51,768 bases of DNA from a virus. Where the stretch lies: the IMG/VR virus record IMGVR_UViG_3300033480_000002, positions 1 through 51,768 of that record; one strand, given 5' to 3'. This document shows, in pieces, positions 49,381-51,768 of the stretch. Position 1 is the stretch's first letter, and every line of letters starts with the position of its first letter. Position numbers and translations under genes: made by a program. The notes under the pieces were generated by a model. That model searched no databases and was not told where the DNA came from. It saw only the letters and a program-made list of their open reading frames with translations.

Positions 49381-49746
49381 TCAGCTTTCGTCCGGGATGT
49401 ACGCGACGGCCCAGCCCACATCTTCAGTCACGCATCCCGGCTCGCCATCCTCGGCGGCAACGTCGCCGTACACCACAACCGCGACATACAGGCCAGGAGT
49501 CGCCCGGATGTCACGCTCAAGGTTCCCGCCGATGTACTCCGATGGGTGCATGATCGGACTGTGAGCCTGGCCGTACTGCCCGGTGTATCCGTACATCAAT
49601 TGCCACTCACGCCCGTTCACGGGGCGTGCGTCGATGTGGCCATCCTCTGTGACCTCCGGAGCCCAGACGTCCGGCTCATCGGTCACGGAGCCGTCCGCGT
49701 GGACCCTGACGACGTGGTCGAAATCCATGATCTTGTTGAGTTCCAT
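49381..49746 (-). CDS. Hypothetical protein (121 aa)
   Basis: ATG follows GGATGAGAGGATGAGATC. Conserved-looking block GYTGQYGQAHSPIMHPSEYIGG. Confidence 0.65.
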   Translation of the reverse strand: MELNKIMDFDHVVRVHADGSVTDEPDVWAPEVTEDGHIDARPVNGREWQLMYGYTGQYGQAHSPIMHPSEYIGGNLERDIRATPGLYVAVVVYGDVAAEDGEPGCVTEDVGWAVAYIPDES

Positions 49747-49829
49747 GATCTCATCCTCTCATCCTGGCCGTCTGGCAGCCATGGCGGTCCACCCTGGCCC
49801 CTCCCTAGGGTGGACCGCTAAAGCGGTCA
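49747..49829 (-). repeat. Box1-hairpin-box2 intergenic element, copy C
   Basis: The minus strand reads TGACCGCTTTAG-CGGTCCACCCT-agggaggggcc-AGGGTGGACCG-CCATGGCTGCCAG-ACGGCCAGGATGAGAGG. Confidence 0.75.
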
Positions 49830-50102
49830 GACGTCGATGACCTCGACGTGAAGGATCAGCTTGTTACCCTTGTTGCCCGTGAATTCCCACCGTCGGTAGT
49901 CCCCCACGGCGAGCGTGTACTGCCCTCCCTGCCGGTACACTGCCGGTTCACCCGGTGTCCATTCCCGATCGTCGTATTCCCTCTGAACTCGGATGACGCC
50001 CCGTCCCGCCTGGAAAGCGGAATTGATAGCGAACCGGTTCATATCGCACAGTGCCTTGCCATCGGGCGTACTGACAACCACCCGGATCTTCGGTCGCTTC
50101 AT
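49827..50102 (-). CDS. Hypothetical protein (91 aa)
   Basis: ATG follows TAGGAGGAGAGA. No motif recognised. Confidence 0.65.
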   Translation of the reverse strand: MKRPKIRVVVSTPDGKALCDMNRFAINSAFQAGRGVIRVQREYDDREWTPGEPAVYRQGGQYTLAVGDYRRWEFTGNKGNKLILHVEVIDV

Positions 50103-50171
50103 TCTCTCCTCCTAGCCTGAGTGGCCATAGCCAAGCACTCCGGAGAGTGCATGACTAAAGTGACTCAGTCA
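50103..50171 (-). repeat. Box1-hairpin-box2 intergenic element, copy B
   Basis: The minus strand reads TGACTGAGTCACTTTAGTCAT-GCACTC-tccg-GAGTGC-TTGGCTATGGCCACTCAG-GCTAGGAGGAGAGA. Confidence 0.75.
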
Positions 50172-50471
50172 CTCGGTAAACACTGTAAACGCGTAGCGGT
50201 CGCCGTGATGGTAATCCCCGCATCCCTCACACGCGCGGGTCGAGAACGTGTCCGTTTCACAGTCACAGTCCTGCTCTCCGCTAGTGGGAGAGTCGGGGCG
50301 ATTCGGGCAGTCCTCCCGGTGCTCGCCTCCCATGGCGATGGTGTACGGCTCGCCTTCCCACTCTGCCCACGGTTCGGGCAGGTCGGCAGGTCTGTCAGGG
50401 TCGCACTCGCCATTAGCATGCACAAGCATGCAGTCCTGACACACCCATATCTGGCAGAATATCTCAGCCAT
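50169..50471 (-). CDS. Cys-rich protein (100 aa)
   Basis: FCQIWVCQDCMLVHANGEC...DCDCETD...CEGCGDYHH. SD GGAGAGAGGA. Confidence 0.7.
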   Translation of the reverse strand: MAEIFCQIWVCQDCMLVHANGECDPDRPADLPEPWAEWEGEPYTIAMGGEHREDCPNRPDSPTSGEQDCDCETDTFSTRACEGCGDYHHGDRYAFTVFTE

Positions 50472-50549
50472 TGTCTCATCCTCTCTCCATTGGGCTGATC
50501 GCCCATACCCGCCGTCCGGGCTAGGCCCGGAAGCGAGTAAAGCCGGTCA
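50472..50549 (-). repeat. Box1-hairpin-box2 intergenic element, copy A
   Basis: The minus strand reads TGACCGGCTTTACTCGCT-TCCGGGC-cta-GCCCGGA-CGGCGGGTATGGGCGATCAG-CCCAATGGAGAGAGG. Confidence 0.7.
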
Positions 50550-50777
50550 GGCGATGATCGCTGCGATTGTTTCCAGAGCTGTACGGCGCGCGTCACGCGG
50601 GTAGACACCCGGTGTCGCGCCGAGCGTGCACGGTGGGCCGGAGTGATACCTTAGGGTGAAATGATCATCACCCACTCCCCATCGGAACTGGAATGCATTC
50701 CGTTCCGGCCGCTCGACTAGGAAGCTAAAGCTCCCGTCGTCCTCGGTCGTTTCTGTGATCTTGAGCGTTTCCATCAC
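50547..50777 (-). CDS. Hypothetical protein (76 aa)
   Basis: ATGA overlap with the upstream gene. Confidence 0.6.
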   Translation of the reverse strand: MMETLKITETTEDDGSFSFLVERPERNAFQFRWGVGDDHFTLRYHSGPPCTLGATPGVYPRDARRTALETIAAIIA

Positions 50778-51133
50778 CGGTCGCTCCGCATCTTGAGTGC
50801 GTCCAGCGGGACCAGCTCAAGGGCTTGACTGTCGTCGAAACGAACGGTCACCCACCCGCCGAACGGCTTGACCACTGTCGTTCCCATACGGGGAAACTCG
50901 GCAGTGTCCGTGATCCGATGCACGCGGCGACGCTGATTCCTGTATTTCTCCCATGAGTGCGGGAGAGAATCGCAGGAAACGGCGTGGCCGTTGTCGACCG
51001 CCGAACGTGCACCTTCGTACAGTTCGGCGAACACGGTTGCATCCTGCATTGACATTGTCCCAACAATGCAGCCGGGACGGGCGTCAATAGCACCCTGCGC
51101 ATAGAATAGCGCTCTTTCATACCATCCGGACAT
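50774..51133 (-). CDS. Hypothetical protein (119 aa), first gene of the leftward arm
   Basis: Second ATG chosen (MSGWYERAL), 7 nt after GGGAGGA. The track start is 51139. Confidence 0.65.
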   Translation of the reverse strand: MSGWYERALFYAQGAIDARPGCIVGTMSMQDATVFAELYEGARSAVDNGHAVSCDSLPHSWEKYRNQRRRVHRITDTAEFPRMGTTVVKPFGGWVTVRFDDSQALELVPLDALKMRSDR

Positions 51134-51146
51134 TGTCATCCTCCCA

Positions 51147-51165
51147 TTGTGTGAGCTTCACACAA
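51147..51165. promoter_or_regulatory. Palindrome TTGTGTGA-gct-TCACACAA, just upstream of the first leftward gene
   Basis: 8-bp arms, 8-26 nt 5' of the start region on the coding strand. Could be an operator or an RBS-proximal hairpin. Confidence 0.5.
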
Positions 51166-51166
51166 G

Positions 51167-51238
51167 CCCTCCCCTATTCGCTCTCTCTACCGGACGGGCT
51201 TATACCGTAGGCGTAGAGGATCCCCGAATAGGGGAGGG
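51167..51238. repeat. 14-bp perfect inverted repeat CCCTCCCCTATTCG ... CGAATAGGGGAGGG (44-nt loop)
   Basis: Read directly (51167-51180 and 51225-51238). Lies in the leader of the leftward arm. Confidence 0.8.
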
Positions 51239-51641
51239 ATTCTATGAATTCACCCTCTAAAAACGCCTAAAGGCACAAGCCAATGTCTGGCTTGCGCCTA
51301 AAGGTGGAATTAGAGAATGACTTTCGCCGATGCCCATGACGCGCGGAATGATCACGCGCGTCCCTAACTGCCCCTCAGATACGGCCTAAGTGGCGCATAG
51401 ATCATGTTCCATGATTCACATCATTGATCATGATTCCGCTGACTCGGTTCCGCATCCTGGCACGCCCTAGTTACACCGATCATGACTGACAGTCTCAGAT
51501 CTTCCCTAGGCGCTCAACCGCTCGATTCGAGCGGGAGCGTGCCCCTAGCGCCTCGCCATGCCCGGTGCACCCCTAGCGGGTGACACTCGGCCTCTGTGCT
51601 GTTCTTAAGCTGCCGGACCGATCAGACGGTCCGCCCGGTGT

Positions 51642-51768
51642 CCCCCGGGTGGGTAGTGCTGGTATTGAGGCAAGCCTCTCTCTAAGAACATGCATGTGTC
51701 AAGGACCTAAGTCCCGATGGTGCTGTTCTGTGGCCTAGCTCACATCCTGTGCTGTCTGTATGTGGGCA
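51642..51768. repeat. Second copy of the 127-nt terminal duplication
   Basis: Identical to 1-127. Confidence 0.95.

Noticed and set aside
1-51768. Transposase/IS elements, rRNA, partition (ParAB) genes, DNA polymerase, LysB
   Set aside because: I looked for these in all frames of the ORF track and recognised none. Absence by eye is not proof and should be confirmed with HMM searches.

Overview
The window is a complete, circularly closed genome: bases 1-127 repeat exactly at 51642-51768, giving a unit length of 51,641 bp. It is a temperate tailed phage, most likely of a high-GC Gram-positive (actinobacterial) host. That inference rests on a WhiB-like gene, a DUF2637-like gene, a Gly-rich tail protein, NlpC/P60 and GDPD enzymes, and no recognisable LysB. 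Layout: (1) about 1.4 kb of gene-free, repeat-dense DNA spans the junction (51140-51641 plus 1-920). (2) A rightward virion and lysis arm (1.49-25.87 kb) carries the large terminase with an N-terminal HTH, portal, a 1510-aa virion protein, NlpC/P60, Gly-rich and GDPD tail proteins, 2 tRNAs, scaffold, capsid, fibre, amidase, a PG-binding protein and a holin-like protein. (3) A leftward lysogeny operon (25.9-28.3 kb) runs DUF2637-like, integrase, Zn-ribbon, unknown, XRE. (4) A rightward early and replication arm (28.5-38.1 kb) carries a Cas4-like nuclease, a DnaB-like ATPase, RNA ligase, a resolvase-like nuclease, a split primase, a DEDD exonuclease, a DUF2829/Tad2-like protein and a sigma-like regulator. 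(5) A leftward arm (51.1-38.3 kb) encodes many small Cys/His-rich proteins, a WhiB-like protein, a SLOG-like protein, two methyltransferase-fold genes and secreted proteins. The items most worth follow-up are: a seven-copy 'TGA stop-box1-variable hairpin-box2' intergenic element I cannot assign to a known family; candidate anti-defence sponge genes; a tRNA 3'-end att-like site about 11.6 kb from the only integrase, flanked by an accessory island; a nuclease with no canonical start codon; an overlapping resolvase/primase ORF triplet; and operator-like motifs shared between the lysogeny switch and the junction region. All functional calls come from motif reading by eye; no searches were run.
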